64,000 nt of DNA from an uncultured Chloroflexia bacterium (GTDB taxonomy: Bacteria; Chloroflexota; Limnocylindria; Limnocylindrales; CSP1-4). The position numbers and the translations under genes were made by a program. Position 1 is the first letter of the stretch; every line of letters starts with the position of its first letter. Under the pieces are notes generated by a model. It was not told the DNA's origin. It worked only from the letters and a program-made list of their open reading frames with translations, and did not search any database. Positions 1 to 13,589 of this stretch are shown here, piece after piece. The stretch covers positions 160,001-224,000 of the forward strand of contig CAVPPB010000001.1 of the NCBI GenBank assembly GCA_963707215.1, written 5' to 3'.

Positions 1-2458
1 TGCGCCAGCGGCCGTCAGCTTCGTCGAGCCGCCGGCCGCTCGCGCGCAGCTCGACCTCTCCGGACTCGGTGAACTTCACGGCGTTCGAGAGCAGGTTCAG
101 GACGACCTGGCGCAATCGGCCCTGGTCACCGACGACGACCCGCGGGAGGGCGTCGTCGACCGCGTAGGCGAGCTCGATGCCCTTCCGGGCTGCCGTCGGG
201 GCGAGCAGGTCCAGGGCCGCTTCGATGACCCGTCGGAGCTCGAACGGCCTGGCATCGAGATCCACCCGCCCAGCCTCGATCTTCGAGAAGTCGAGGATGT
301 CGTCGATGATCGTCAGGAGCGCGTCGCCGCTCGTCCGGATCGTCTCGGCGAAGTCGCGCTGCTCCTCCGACAGCGGGGTGTCGAGGAGGAGGCCGCTCAT
401 CCCGATGATCGCGTTCATCGGGGTGCGGATCTCGTGGCTCATGGCAGCCAGGAACGTGCTCTTGGCCTGGTTAGCAGCGTCGGCCTCCCGCCGGGCCGCC
501 TGCAGCTCGGTGATGTCGTGGTAGATGGCGTAGAACCCGGTGTGCTCGCCGTCGATGCGGAGGGGCACCATGACGATCTCGACATCGACGCCCCTGCCAT
601 CCCGACACGAGCGGCGGCCGATCCGAGCGGAGCGTCCAGTCTCGAGCGCCTCCCTCGCCACGCCTGCCCCCTCGGCGCGCATCTCGTCGGTGCTCATGAC
701 GAGGTCGTCGATGCGCTGCCCGATCGCCTCGACCGGTGTGTACCCGAAGAGCCGCTCGGCGGCCGGGTTCCAGCCCGACACGCGCTCGTCGCGGTCCATG
801 GTGACGACGGCGACGGGGCTGATCTCGACGAGCGACTCGAAGTAGGCCTTCTGGCGCCGGACCTCGGCGGCCGCCTCGACCTGGCGGGTGACATCCACCT
901 GGAAGCCGAGGACGTACGCCGCTTCCCCGTTCTCGTCGCGGATCAGCGAGTTGTCGTCACGGACCCAGACCGTCCGTCCATCCGAGGCGATGATGCGGTA
1001 CTCGCCCGTCGCGCGATCGTCGCCGACGTGGACGTACCCCTCCTCGGATCCCACGAGGTCGCGGTCGTCGGGGTGCAACACGGACTCGAAGAACCCGTCC
1101 TCGAGCCATCGCTCGGACGGATACCCGAACATGGCCTCGACCTGCGGGCTGACGTAGAGCGAGGCCCCGAGCGGGTCGCCAGGTCGGTCGATGTAGAGCG
1201 CCAGCGGCAGCTCCTCGACGAGCTGTCGGTAGCGGCGCTCGGCCTCGGCCTGGCGGGCCAGGGCCTCGGTCAGCTCGGCCGTCCGCTCCTCGACCCGACG
1301 CTCGAGGGTCTCGACGTTCTCGCGGAGCTGGGCCGTCATGTCGTTGAAGGCGGTGGTCAGCGTCCCCACCTCATCCTCGGACGTGACGGGCACGTAGGCG
1401 TCGAGGTCCCCGGCCGCGACGCTCGTGGCGGTCGTGGCGAGCCGAAGGATAGGTCTGGTGACCTGGCGAGCGATCAGCCAGATGCCGGCGGCCAGCAGGA
1501 CCGCCGACAGCAGCCCGACGATCGCGATCGTGAGCGCCAGCTCCTGGGCCGGTGCGAAGGCCTCCGCCTGCGGCAGCTCCACGACGAGGGCCGCATCGTG
1601 CTCGGTCAGCCAGCGGTAGACCCCGATGACGGGCACGCCCCGATAGTCCGTGTAGAGCGCCTGGCCGCTTCCGTGGGCGAGTGCTCGGCGGATCCCCTCG
1701 GACTCCACGCCGCTCGCGTACTCGCCCTGGCTGAGCCGGGCGTGCAGGAACCGACCGTCGGGGCCGACCAGGTACGTCGCCCCGCCCTCACCGAGGCCGG
1801 TTCCCTCGAGGACGATCCGGTCGATCCGCTCCAGGTTGAGGTTGCCGGCCAGCACGCCGACCCGGCGACCGCGGCCGTCACGGTCGAACAGCGGCGTGCT
1901 GACCGTGATGGTCGGGAGACCGGTGAGGGTCGACGTGTAGGCGTTCTGGACGAAGGTGTGCGAGACGCCCCGAGCGAAGAACAGCTCGCTCGCCTGGGAG
2001 GCGCCCTCGTGCTCCGGCCGCGTCGACAGCTCGACGGTCCCGTCGAGATCGAGGACGAGGAACTCCTGGGCATCGGACGTCTGCTGGACGACCACGCCGA
2101 GCGTCTTCTCCAGTGGCTCACGGGCCGCTTCGCGCTCGGCGTCGGTCGTGCTCTCGCCCAGGAAGACGCGTGCGTCGTCCCCGAGGCCCGGGATGCTGCC
2201 CACGAAGACGACGTTCCTCCGCTGCTCGTCGATCCAGCGGTCGAGCGAGTCGGCCTTGACCTCCGCTACCGCCTCGAGCCGCTCGAAGACCGAGCGGGTC
2301 AGGTCGTCCTGCGCCCGGACGTACACCACTGTTCCGACGATGGCCACGGTCAGCCCGGCGAGGACCAGGAAGTAGGCGACGAGGCGGGCCCGCAGGCTGC
2401 GGTTCCAGGGACCCGGGATCCTGGGCCCACGACGGCGACTCGAAGGCGCGGCGGCCAC
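1..2458 (-). CDS. Membrane sensor histidine kinase (TM-dCache-like-TM-HAMP-PAS-PAS-HisKA-HATPase), probably hybrid type; 3' end lies beyond the left edge
   Basis: Translated by hand (not in the ORF track). GTG at 2458; [23 protein letters not shown]; HAMP RPILRL...[13 protein letters not shown]; PAS-like [12 protein letters not shown] and [11 protein letters not shown]; H-box [19 protein letters not shown] (~390-460); DFSKIEAG; N-box [17 protein letters not shown]. Confidence 0.92.
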   Translation of the reverse strand, partial: MAAAPSSRRRGPRIPGPWNRSLRARLVAYFLVLAGLTVAIVGTVVYVRAQDDLTRSVFERLEAVAEVKADSLDRWIDEQRRNVVFVGSIPGLGDDARVFLGESTTDAEREAAREPLEKTLGVVVQQTSDAQEFLVLDLDGTVELSTRPEHEGASQASELFFARGVSHTFVQNAYTSTLTGLPTITVSTPLFDRDGRGRRVGVLAGNLNLERIDRIVLEGTGLGEGGATYLVGPDGRFLHARLSQGEYASGVESEGIRRALAHGSGQALYTDYRGVPVIGVYRWLTEHDAALVVELPQAEAFAPAQELALTIAIVGLLSAVLLAAGIWLIARQVTRPILRLATTATSVAAGDLDAYVPVTSEDEVGTLTTAFNDMTAQLRENVETLERRVEERTAELTEALARQAEAERRYRQLVEELPLALYIDRPGDPLGASLYVSPQVEAMFGYPSERWLEDGFFESVLHPDDRDLVGSEEGYVHVGDDRATGEYRIIASDGRTVWVRDDNSLIRDENGEAAYVLGFQVDVTRQVEAAAEVRRQKAYFESLVEISPVAVVTMDRDERVSGWNPAAERLFGYTPVEAIGQRIDDLVMSTDEMRAEGAGVAREALETGRSARIGRRSCRDGRGVDVEIVMVPLRIDGEHTGFYAIYHDITELQAARREADAANQAKSTFLAAMSHEIRTPMNAIIGMSGLLLDTPLSEEQRDFAETIRTSGDALLTIIDDILDFSKIEAGRVDLDARPFELRRVIEAALDLLAPTAARKGIELAYAVDDALPRVVVGDQGRLRQVVLNLLSNAVKFTESGEVELRASGRRLDEADGRWR

Positions 2459-2460
2459 GG

Positions 2461-3423
2461 TCAGGGCAGCTCCTGCCCGATGGAGTCCAGGTCGAACTCG
2501 CCGGCGGCCGTCGCATAGTCCATGCCGAAGTACTCGAGCGACAGGGCCTCCAAGGTGCCATCGACATGCAACCCGCGGACGATCTCGTCGACGCGCTCCA
2601 CGAACGCGGCCTGGTCCAGGCTCGACGCACGGTCGAGGTACCCGGTCTTCTGCGTGTGGTAGGCCGGCTCCGGCAGCATCCGGAGGCCGAGGCCTCCCGC
2701 GATCGCTTCCGTGCCGACAGGCTCGCCGCACAGGAAGGCGTCGAGCTCGCCTGCGGCGGTCGCCTCCAGGCCCGGCGGCTCTGCGTCGAAGGTGACGATC
2801 TCCGGATCGTCGACGACATACACGAGCGGGGGCCCCGGCAGGACCAGCTCGTGACGGAGGTACAGCTCGTGGGTGCAGCCGGCGCAGGCCCCGACCGTCA
2901 TGCCGGACAGCTCGGCGGCGTCCCGGACGGTTGACCCGACCGGGAGGAAGAAGTTGTGCGGCGTGGCGTAGGTGGGCTGGGTCACGTACAGCCGGGTCAT
3001 CCGCTCCTCGGTGATCGCCCCCGACCCCCAGGCCACATCCCAGCGATCCCCCCAGTTGCCCGCGATGACCTGGTTCCAGGGCGGCGTGACGAAGCAGGCC
3101 TCGACGCCAAGGACCTCGGCCACGGCTTTGCCGGTGTCCGCGTCGAACCCTGCCACCTCGGGCGTGGTCAGCTGGTTCGCGGCGCATTTGGTCCCTGCGA
3201 GCCGCTCGGCGTCGTCGACGAGGAACGACTGGGGCGGGTAGGCCGGGTCGGTGGAGAGCACGATCGTCCCCCGGGCGAGCACTTCGGCGAGCTTGTCGGC
3301 GGTCGGGTCGAGGGACGGCACGCTCGACGGCGCCTGGGTCGCCCCGCCCGCCCCGCCGCATGCGGCGACGAGGACGGCGAGGAGGGCTGCGGCGACCGGG
3401 AGGGACCCGCGCTGCGCGCTCAC
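2461..3423 (-). CDS. Amino-acid-type (SBP family 3) substrate-binding lipoprotein, paralog A
   Basis: C-terminal part of ORF 2461..4518. GTG overlaps the upstream TGA; lipobox LVAAC; [11 protein letters not shown]; GFDAD; ITEER. Confidence 0.85.
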   Translation of the reverse strand: MSAQRGSLPVAAALLAVLVAACGGAGGATQAPSSVPSLDPTADKLAEVLARGTIVLSTDPAYPPQSFLVDDAERLAGTKCAANQLTTPEVAGFDADTGKAVAEVLGVEACFVTPPWNQVIAGNWGDRWDVAWGSGAITEERMTRLYVTQPTYATPHNFFLPVGSTVRDAAELSGMTVGACAGCTHELYLRHELVLPGPPLVYVVDDPEIVTFDAEPPGLEATAAGELDAFLCGEPVGTEAIAGGLGLRMLPEPAYHTQKTGYLDRASSLDQAAFVERVDEIVRGLHVDGTLEALSLEYFGMDYATAAGEFDLDSIGQELP

Positions 3424-4412
3424 TCGAGAACCTGGCCGATCGCGTCGAGGTCGAACTCGCCGGCGGCCGTCGCGTAGTCCTCGCCGAAGGACTCCAGCGA
3501 CAGGGTCCGCAGCGTGCCGTCGGCGTGGAATCCCCGGATGATCTCGTTGACCCGCTCGACGAAGGCCTTGGCATCCAGGCCCGAGCTCTTGTCGACGAAG
3601 CCGGAGGGGTAGTAGGTGAAGGCGACGTCGTCGATGGACCGGAGGTCCAGGCCGTCCGCGATCGCCTGCCCGCCGACCGGATCCGCGCACAGGAAGGCAT
3701 CGAGCTCGCCGTCGCCGAGCGCCTCGAGGCCGGTCGTCTCCGTCTGGAAGGTCACGACGACAGGATCCTGGACATTGACGGCGATCTCTACGCCGGGGAT
3801 CTCGAGCTCGCCATTGAGGTAGTACTCGTGACTGCAGCTGGCACAGGCCCCGATCTCCTTGCCGTCGAGGTCGGCGGCGTCCTCGTACGGGGAGTCCGAC
3901 CGCACGAAGTACAGGTTCGGCACCGCGTAGTAGGGCTGGGTCATCCAGAGCCGGGTCATCCGGTCGGCGTTGATCGAGCCGGAGCCATACGAGATGTCCC
4001 AGCGGTCGCCCCAGTTGCCGGCCGTGATCTCCGTCCACGGCGGGACCACGAAACACGGTTCCACCCCGAGCGCGGCCGCGACCGCCTTGCCGGTCTCCGC
4101 GTCGTAGCCGGTCACCTCGTCCGCCGTGAGCTGATCCGGCGTGCAGCGAGTGTCGGCCGCTCGTGACGCTCCCTCGACCTCGAAGGACTGCGGGGGATAG
4201 GCCGGGTCGGTCGACAGCACCAGGGTCCCCCGGGCAAGGATCTGGGCGAGCTTGTCCGATGCGGGATCCCTGCTCGGGTCGGCGGACGGGACCGGTGTAC
4301 CGCCGGCCCCACTCGCGCACCCCACGACCAGCGCGGTCGACAGTGCCAAGGCGAGGCCCAGGGTGAGCGCGTGGGGCCTGGCTCGCGGCGATCGATCGAG
4401 GGACGCTGGCAT
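3420..4412 (-). CDS. Amino-acid-type substrate-binding lipoprotein, paralog B
   Basis: C-terminal part of ORF 3420..5198. ATG at 4412 with AGGAG SD; lipobox LVVGC; [11 protein letters not shown]; GNWGDRWD; colinear with paralog A. Confidence 0.85.
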   Translation of the reverse strand: MPASLDRSPRARPHALTLGLALALSTALVVGCASGAGGTPVPSADPSRDPASDKLAQILARGTLVLSTDPAYPPQSFEVEGASRAADTRCTPDQLTADEVTGYDAETGKAVAAALGVEPCFVVPPWTEITAGNWGDRWDISYGSGSINADRMTRLWMTQPYYAVPNLYFVRSDSPYEDAADLDGKEIGACASCSHEYYLNGELEIPGVEIAVNVQDPVVVTFQTETTGLEALGDGELDAFLCADPVGGQAIADGLDLRSIDDVAFTYYPSGFVDKSSGLDAKAFVERVNEIIRGFHADGTLRTLSLESFGEDYATAAGEFDLDAIGQVLE

Positions 4413-4429
4413 GGACGCTCCTGAGTTGA

Positions 4430-5198
4430 CTAGGGGGGCGGCGCGGCGACGAGATCGGCGGCGATCGCACGGTAGCGCGCCGCGAGCTCGTGCTGTGGGT
4501 AGCGCAGCGCGAAGACACCTTCGCTGGCCAGTCGCATCAGGTCGTCGGAGTGCGGCAGCACGGCCGCCACGTCGCAGCCATACGCCTCGCGGACCCGCTC
4601 GGCGACGACCTCCGGCGGGATGTCGCCCGGGGCCTTGTTGACGAGGATCGAGATCCGCGGGACCTCCAGCTCGCGGGCGACCCGGACCGTGATGCCGGTC
4701 CCCTCGTAGTCCTGGCGGTCGGGGCGCATGATCACCAGGAGCGACTGCGAGATCACGAGGGAGAGGAGGGTCTCCTCGTTGAGCCCAGGGTGGGTGTCGA
4801 TGAACAGGACATCGAGGCCGAGCTCGGCGACCAGGTCGCGCAGGCCCTCGGTCAGCCGCTGGGCGTCGTAGCCCTCGCGGAGGACCCGGGCGATCTCGCC
4901 CGGCTGCATGCTCGAGGGGATCAGGTACAGCTTGCCGGCAAGCGGGACGCCCTGGCGCTCGGTCACGTCGAGGGCGACCTCGCCGATCGGCCGGCCATGC
5001 CAGAGGAAGTCGTTGAGCGAGCCCAGGAACGTCCTCGCCGGCAAGGCCGAACAGGACGTGGATGCCCGGTGACTGGATGTCGGCGTCGATGACCCCGACC
5101 CGGCGCCCGTCGGCCGCCAGGCAGGCGGCGAGGTTCGCGGTGGTGTTGGACTTGCCGGTCCCACCCCGGAACGAGTGCACGGACACGATGGTCGCCAC
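4430..5198 (-). CDS. MinD/ParA-family P-loop ATPase, with a +1 frameshift near 5023
   Basis: N-term MATIVSVHSFRGGTGKSNTTAN...IDADIQSPG in one frame; SLNDFL...FIDTHPGLNEE...LVNK in the other. Removing one G from CCTGGGCTCG joins them. Confidence 0.85.
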
Positions 5199-5246
5199 CG
5201 ACGCGCCCCTCCCGCCGCCCGAGCGGCCGTGCTTCCTTGGCGGCGG

Positions 5247-5252
5247 ACTATA
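5247..5252 (-). promoter_or_regulatory. Putative sigma70 -10 (TATAGT) for the ATPase-SBP-kinase operon
   Basis: AT-rich hexamer in a GC-rich intergenic gap ~50 nt upstream of GTG 5198. Confidence 0.5.
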
Positions 5253-5300
5253 CCCGATGGGACCGGGCGCGAGGCGCTGGGGCCGCGCCGAGTCGGCGTC

Positions 5301-7593
<2,293 letters not shown>

Positions 7594-7601
<8 letters not shown>

Positions 7602-8757
7602 GTCTCTGCCTCCGATCCCCCCTCGGCCCGAGTGGTCCCTCCTGGTACGAGGCACCGACCGCCTGGTCCGCCGTCACCACCTCGCCCACCACCACGGCGC
7701 TCACCCCCCGGTCCGCGAGCCACCGGATCAGCGTCGGGACGTCGGCGCCGTCGACGATCGCGATCATGCCGAGGCCGGCGTTGAAGGTCGCCCGGAGCTC
7801 AGCGTCGTCGATCCCGGCCAGGGCGGCGATCAGGCGCATCTCCGTCGGGACCAGCCAGCGCGTCGGGTCGAGCCTCGCCGCGAGGCCGTCGGGGAGCGCC
7901 CGGGGCACGTTGCCGGGCAGGCCGCCCCCGGTGACGTGGGCGAGGGCGTGAAGGTCGGAGCCCCCGGCTCGCAGGGCCGCCCGGGCCGCCAGCACGTCCG
8001 CCGCGTAGATGCGGGTCGGTGTCAGGAGGACCTCGCCGAGGGTCGCTTCGCGTCGCTCGGGCGCCTCCGCCAGCACCTGCGCCGCCGCGTCCGGCCCCAG
8101 GGTTCGCTCCACGAGGGAGACGAAGCCAGTTCCCAGGGCGAGGTCGTGCTCGTCGAGGACGCTCCGGACGAGCGAGTAGCCGTTCGCATGGAAGCCGCTC
8201 GAGGCCAGCCCCACGAGCACATCGCCGGCCCTGACCGCGGAGCCGTCGAGGGCGAGGTCACGCTCCACGACGCCGACGCAGAAGCCGGCCAGGTCGAGCG
8301 CCTCGGGTGGCATCAGGCCGGGGTGCTCGGCCGTCTCCCCGCCGACCAGGGCGCAGCCGGCGGCCCGGCAGCCCGCGGCGATGCCGCCGACGACGGTCGC
8401 CACCCGGTCCGGGTCCAGCCGTCCGACCGCCAGGTAGTCAAGGAAGAAGAGCGGGGCGGCGCCGGCGCAGACGACGTCGTCGGCGCACATCGCCACGAGG
8501 TCCAGGCCGATGGTGTCCCAGCGGTCGAGCGCAGAGGCGATGGCCGTCTTGGTCCCGACCCCATCGGTCGCCGAGACCAGCAGCGGGTCGACCATCCCGG
8601 TCGGCAGCACCGTGGCCCCGGCGAAGCCGCCGAGCCCGCCCACGACCTCGGGCCGGCGGGTCGACTCGACCGCGGCCCGGAGCAACTCGACGGCTCGCTC
8701 GCCCGCCACGACGTCCACCCCGGCCGCGGCGTAGGCATCCCTTGCGCCCGAGCTCAT
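7594..8757 (-). CDS. purM: AIR synthase (phosphoribosylformylglycinamidine cyclo-ligase)
   Basis: YAAAGVD, ATDGVGTK, GGETAEHP, HVTGGG, TFNAGLG. Confidence 0.95.
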
Positions 8758-10238
8758 CCGGCGACCCCTGCCTGGGCCGGGGCCAGCTCATCCTCGAGGA
8801 GGAACTTGCGGTGGACGGCGTCGTACGGCACCGGCACGGGGTAGTTCCCGTCGAAGCAGGCGAAGCAGAACCGCTCGTACGGCAGATCGAGGGCGGTCAG
8901 GACGCCCTTGATCGAGAGGTAGCCCAGCGAGTCGGCACCCACGAAGTCGCGGATCTCGTCGGTCGTGTGCGAGGCCGCGATGAGCTCGGTCTCGACCTGG
9001 GTGTCGATCCCGTAGAAGCAGGGGTGATGGATCGGCGGCGCGCTGATCCGGAGGTGGACCTCCGACGCGCCAGCTCGCCGGAGGAGGGCCACGATCTGCT
9101 TCGTCGTCGTGCCCCGGACGATGGAGTCGTCGACGACGATCAGGCGGCGACCGCGGACCACCTCCCGGAGCGGGCTGAGCTTGACGTTCACGCCGCGCTG
9201 GCGCATCTGCTGCGACGGCTGGATGAAGGTCCGCCCGGTGTAGCGGTTGCGCACCATCCCCTCGCGGTAGGGCAGGCCGATCGCCTCGGCGAAGCCGGCG
9301 GCGGCGGGGGCCCCGGTGTCGGGGACGGGCATGACCATGTCCGCCTCGGCCGGGAGCTCGCGGGCCAGCTGCATCCCCATGCGGCGACGCGCCTCGTACA
9401 GGTTGCGACCCTCGAGGTACGAGTCGGGACGGGCGAAGTAGATGAGCTCGAAGACGCAGAGTGACCGGTGCGGCTCGGCGTAGTGGACGGAGCGTGGCGG
9501 CCGGCCGGGCTCCAGGATGACCAGCTCGCCGGGCTCGACGTCGCGGACCACCTCCGCGCCGACGATGTCCAGCGCGGCCGTCTCCGAGCCCAGGACCCAG
9601 GCCGTGCGGGCATCCTCGTCGCCGGCCCACAGGTCGGGCTCTCCCGTCGGGGCCTCCAGGCGGAGGCGGCCCAGGACGAGCGGCCGGAAGCCGTATGGGT
9701 CGCGGATCCCGATGACGCGGCGCTCGTCGAGGACGACCAGGCTGAACGCCCCCCGGACTCGGGGCAGGACCCGCAGGAGGGCCTCGACGGTGTCCTCGGC
9801 CGGCTCATCGGCCAGGAGAGCGGTCAGCAGCTCCGTGTCGGTCGAGGCCGGCAGGCGGGCGCGCCCGCCGGACAGCTGGTCGAGCAGCTCGCGGGTGTTG
9901 ACGAGGTTGCCGTTGTGACCGATCGCGATGGCCCGCCGGGGGCCCAGGCGGAGCGTGGGCTGGGCGTTCTCCCAGACCGTCGAGCCGGTCGTCGAGTAGC
10001 GGCAGTGGGCGATCGCCAGCTGGCCTCGGAGGGACGGGATCCGGCGCTCATCAAGGACGGACGACACCATCCCGAGGTCCTTGTAGAGCATGAGCTGCTC
10101 GCCGTCGCTGACCGCCAGCCCGGCGGACTCCTGGCCCCGGTGCTGCAGGGCGAAGAGCCCGAGGGAGGCGACCGCTGCCGCCTCATGGGGTCCACCGCGG
10201 GCACCCGGAGGGAGCACCGCGCCGAAGACGCCGCACAT
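8754..10238 (-). CDS. purF: Amidophosphoribosyltransferase
   Basis: N-terminal MCG, LQHRGQESAG, CVFELIYFARPDS, VVDDSIVRGTT, PCFYGID, CFACF. Confidence 0.97.
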   Translation of the reverse strand: MCGVFGAVLPPGARGGPHEAAAVASLGLFALQHRGQESAGLAVSDGEQLMLYKDLGMVSSVLDERRIPSLRGQLAIAHCRYSTTGSTVWENAQPTLRLGPRRAIAIGHNGNLVNTRELLDQLSGGRARLPASTDTELLTALLADEPAEDTVEALLRVLPRVRGAFSLVVLDERRVIGIRDPYGFRPLVLGRLRLEAPTGEPDLWAGDEDARTAWVLGSETAALDIVGAEVVRDVEPGELVILEPGRPPRSVHYAEPHRSLCVFELIYFARPDSYLEGRNLYEARRRMGMQLARELPAEADMVMPVPDTGAPAAAGFAEAIGLPYREGMVRNRYTGRTFIQPSQQMRQRGVNVKLSPLREVVRGRRLIVVDDSIVRGTTTKQIVALLRRAGASEVHLRISAPPIHHPCFYGIDTQVETELIAASHTTDEIRDFVGADSLGYLSIKGVLTALDLPYERFCFACFDGNYPVPVPYDAVHRKFLLEDELAPAQAGVAG

Positions 10239-10240
10239 CG

Positions 10241-12565
10241 TCAGGCCTCCTGCCCGAGTGCCCGGGCCAGGCCGTGCTCCCAGGCATGGGCGAGGTCGGC
10301 GATGGGCACGTCGATAGCGTCGGCGACCCGGCTGCCGCGACCCTCCGCGGCCCCCGTCGCGCCCTCACCGGCGAGCTCGATGACCAGTCGGTCGCCGGCC
10401 ACGACGCCGAACGGCTCGACCGGAAGCCCGTGCTGGCGGGCAAGGAGCTCGAGGGCCGGTCGATGGCGCGGTCGACAGGTGATGACGACCCGGCTGGGTC
10501 CCTCGCCGAAGAGCTCGACGGCCGGCGAGCCCGGGACGCCGAGTCGGAGCTCCGCCCCGAGGCCCGACCAGACGGCCGCCTCGGCGAGCGCGACCGCCAG
10601 ACCGCCTCCCGAGACGTCCTGGGCGGAGGCCACCAGCCGACGCGAGATCGCCTCTCGGATGAAGACCTGGAGAGCCGCTTCGCGGCTGAGATCGAGGATC
10701 GGCGGGCGGTCCTCGCTGGTGACCCCCGCCAGGGAGGCATAGGCGCTGCCGACCATCCCGGGCGTCGTGGCGCCGACCAGGATCACGGCGTCGCCCTCGG
10801 CCACGAAGGCCGGGCCGACGAGCCCGGCCACGTCGTCGAGCAGGCCGACCACCCCGATCTCCGGCGTCGGCGCGATGGCCCCGGTCGGCGACTCGTTGTA
10901 CAGGCTCACGTTGCCACCGGTCACGGGCAGGCCGAGCGCCCGGCAGGCGTCGCCCAGGCCCCGGACGGCCTCCTTGAGCTGCCAGAACGCCTCCGGCCGG
11001 GTCGGATCGCCGAAGTTGAGGCAGTTCGTCACGCCGAGCGGGCGGGCGCCGGTGATCGCCACGTTGCGGCTGGCCTCGGCGACCGACATCGCCGCCCCCA
11101 GCCAGGGGTCGGCGATGCCGACGGCCTGGGCGCAGTCGGTCGTGGCGACGAGGGCCTTGGTCGTGCCCTTGATCCGCAGCACCGCGGCACCGCGGCCGGG
11201 GCCTGCGACCGTGTCGGCACCGACGTGCTGGTCGTACTGCTCGTACACCCAGCGCTTGGAGGCCAGGTTCGCGGAGCCGAGCAGCGCAAGCAGCACGGCT
11301 CCCGGATCCATGCCCCGCTCCGGCAGGCCGCCGGCGGCCGTCTCGGCCAGCCCGGGGGCCGGCGCTTCGCGGACCCGGTGCGGCGGGCTGGCGAGTCGCT
11401 CATGGACGATGGCGTCCGAGGTGAGGGCCGCGGCAGGGATCCGGGCGATCTCGCGGGCTCCGGCGGCGGGCCGGCCGTCCGCCCCGAAGCCGCCCTCGAT
11501 GACCGCGATGTCGCCATCGCCGGTGACCCGGCCGATCACCGCCACCGGCAGACCCCAGCGCTCGCAGATCTCGCGGACCGCGTCGTAGCGATCGGGGCGG
11601 ACGACCGCGACCATCCGTTCCTGCGACTCGGAGATCATGACCTCGAACGGCACCATGCCCGGCTCGCGTCGGGGGATCGCATCGAGGTCGATGGCCATGC
11701 CCGTGCCAGCCCGATCTGCCGTCTCCGACGTGCCACACGTGATGCCCCCGGCCCCGAGGTCCTGGAGCCCCTCGACGAGCCCGCGTTCGATCAACTCGAG
11801 CGACGCCTCGATGAGCAGCTTCTCAGCGAACGGATCGCCGACCTGGACCGACGGCCGCTTCGAGGGGTCGTCATGGGTGAAAGTCGCGCTGGCCAGGACC
11901 GAGGCTCCGCCGATCCCGTCGCGACCGGTGGTCGAGCCGAACAGGACCACCAGGTTACCGGGACCGGGTGCCTGGGCGAGGGTCAACAGCCGCGCCTCGA
12001 GGACGCCGATGGCCATGACGTTGACCAGTGGGTTGCCCTGGTACGAGGGATCGAAGACCAGCTCGCCGCCGACCGTGGGGACACCGACGCAGTTGCCGTA
12101 GCCGCCAACGCCCCGGACGACGCCGTCGACGAGATGACGGGTCCGCGGATCGGTGGGATCACCGAACCGGAGCGCGTCGAGGACGGCGATCGGCCGGGCG
12201 CCCATGGTGAAGATGTCACGGAGGATGCCACCCACGCCGGTCGCCGCCCCCTGGTACGGCTCGACCGCGCTGGGGTGATTGTGCGACTCGATCTTGAAGG
12301 CGACCGCCAGCCCGTCGCCGATCGAGATGACGCCGGCGTTCTCGCCAGGCCCGGCGACGACCCCCTCGCCGCCGGTCGGGAGCGTCCGGAGGAGCGGCTT
12401 GCTGCTCTTGTAGCTGCAGTGCTCGCTCCACATGACACTGAACATCGCCAGCTCGAGGTCGTTGGGGTCGCGACCCAGCCGGCCGCGGATCGCCCCGAGC
12501 TCGTCGTCGGTCAGCCCGAGCCGGCGGTGGAGGGGCTCGGCCGCCGGGGTCGCCGGGCCCGTCAT
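10241..12565 (-). CDS. purL: FGAM synthase large subunit (small-PurL type)
   Basis: [46 protein letters not shown]; ATG at 12565 abuts the purQ stop. Confidence 0.96.
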   Translation of the reverse strand: MTGPATPAAEPLHRRLGLTDDELGAIRGRLGRDPNDLELAMFSVMWSEHCSYKSSKPLLRTLPTGGEGVVAGPGENAGVISIGDGLAVAFKIESHNHPSAVEPYQGAATGVGGILRDIFTMGARPIAVLDALRFGDPTDPRTRHLVDGVVRGVGGYGNCVGVPTVGGELVFDPSYQGNPLVNVMAIGVLEARLLTLAQAPGPGNLVVLFGSTTGRDGIGGASVLASATFTHDDPSKRPSVQVGDPFAEKLLIEASLELIERGLVEGLQDLGAGGITCGTSETADRAGTGMAIDLDAIPRREPGMVPFEVMISESQERMVAVVRPDRYDAVREICERWGLPVAVIGRVTGDGDIAVIEGGFGADGRPAAGAREIARIPAAALTSDAIVHERLASPPHRVREAPAPGLAETAAGGLPERGMDPGAVLLALLGSANLASKRWVYEQYDQHVGADTVAGPGRGAAVLRIKGTTKALVATTDCAQAVGIADPWLGAAMSVAEASRNVAITGARPLGVTNCLNFGDPTRPEAFWQLKEAVRGLGDACRALGLPVTGGNVSLYNESPTGAIAPTPEIGVVGLLDDVAGLVGPAFVAEGDAVILVGATTPGMVGSAYASLAGVTSEDRPPILDLSREAALQVFIREAISRRLVASAQDVSGGGLAVALAEAAVWSGLGAELRLGVPGSPAVELFGEGPSRVVITCRPRHRPALELLARQHGLPVEPFGVVAGDRLVIELAGEGATGAAEGRGSRVADAIDVPIADLAHAWEHGLARALGQEA

Positions 12566-13311
12566 CACGGGGTCCCGCTCGCCACCGTGCCGCCGCTCCG
12601 GGCCCGCTCGGCGGCACTCTCGACGAGGGAGCGGACGATCCACATCCCGTCGTCCGACCCCAGGACCGCCTCGGCGGCGCGCTCCGGATGGGGCATGAGA
12701 CCGGCCACGTTACCGGCCTGGTTCGTCACGCCGGCGATCGCCCGGAGGCTGCCATTGGGGTTCGCCGGGTCGTCCGGCCCGGCCGCCGCGGTCCCGTCGG
12801 GGCCAACGTAGCGGACCCAGGCCAGGTCCTGGCGCTCGATCCGGTCGAGGGTCGCCTCGTCGGCGAAGTAGGCGCCCTCGCCGTGGGCGACCGGCATCCG
12901 GAGCGGCCGTCGCTCCGGCAGCGCCCGAGTGAAGGGCAGGTCGAGCCGGCCGGGAACGATCGTCACCTCGCGGCAGACGAAGCGGAGCGAGCGGTTCCGC
13001 AGGAGCGCGCCGGGCACGAGGCCGCTCTCGGCGAGCACCTGGAAGCCATTACAGATGCCCAGCACGAGGCCGCCCTCGGCCGCGAACGCGGAGACGGCCC
13101 GCATGATCGGACTGAAGCGGGCGATCACCCCGGCCCGGAGGTAGTCGCCGTAGGCGAAACCACCTGGCAGGACGACCGCAGCCGCTCCCTCGAGGGAGGC
13201 CTGCTCGTGCCAGAGCTCGACGGGCTCGGCGCCGGCCAGGGCCAGGGCGTGCACCGTGTCCCGGTCGCAGTTGCTGCCCGGGAAGACGACGACGCCGACC
13301 CGGACGCTCAT
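12565..13311 (-). CDS. purQ: FGAM synthase glutaminase subunit
   Basis: [30 protein letters not shown]. Confidence 0.97.
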   Translation of the reverse strand: MSVRVGVVVFPGSNCDRDTVHALALAGAEPVELWHEQASLEGAAAVVLPGGFAYGDYLRAGVIARFSPIMRAVSAFAAEGGLVLGICNGFQVLAESGLVPGALLRNRSLRFVCREVTIVPGRLDLPFTRALPERRPLRMPVAHGEGAYFADEATLDRIERQDLAWVRYVGPDGTAAAGPDDPANPNGSLRAIAGVTNQAGNVAGLMPHPERAAEAVLGSDDGMWIVRSLVESAAERARSGGTVASGTP

Positions 13312-13589
13312 TCGCCGCCCCCGGGAGCGCCGACGAGCGGCTCGATGGTGAAGGTCTCGATGAGCGGGTTGCTCAGCAGCTCCTCGGCCAATCGTCGGAC
13401 GATCGCCTCGGCCTCCAGCCCGCCGTCTGCCTCGACGGTCAGCTCGATCCGACGACCCACCCGGACGTCACTGACCTCGTGGATGCCGAGGTGCGGCAGG
13501 CCCTGTTCGACCGCCCGACCCTGCGGATCGAGGATGCCGGGCTTGGGCAGGACGTTGACGGCGAAGCGGTGCGCGGGCAGCTGGTTCAT
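13308..13589 (-). CDS. purS: FGAM synthase subunit PurS
   Basis: C-terminal part of ORF 13308..14183: KPGILDPQG...LLSNPLIE; ATGA overlap with the purC stop. Confidence 0.93.
   Translation of the reverse strand: MNQLPAHRFAVNVLPKPGILDPQGRAVEQGLPHLGIHEVSDVRVGRRIELTVEADGGLEAEAIVRRLAEELLSNPLIETFTIEPLVGAPGGGE

Noticed and set aside
434-2518. 694-aa + strand ORF, and similar long antisense ORFs (10274..12811, 13716..16148, 16485..18812, 36714..38600, 43076..45751)
   Set aside because: Shadow frames of real genes in high-GC DNA, where stops are rare; no motifs or SD.
3420-5198. Apparent MinD-SBP fusion (592 aa)
   Set aside because: Artefact of the frameshift at ~5023: the middle is R/P/G-rich out-of-frame text, and the SBP has its own SD and signal peptide.
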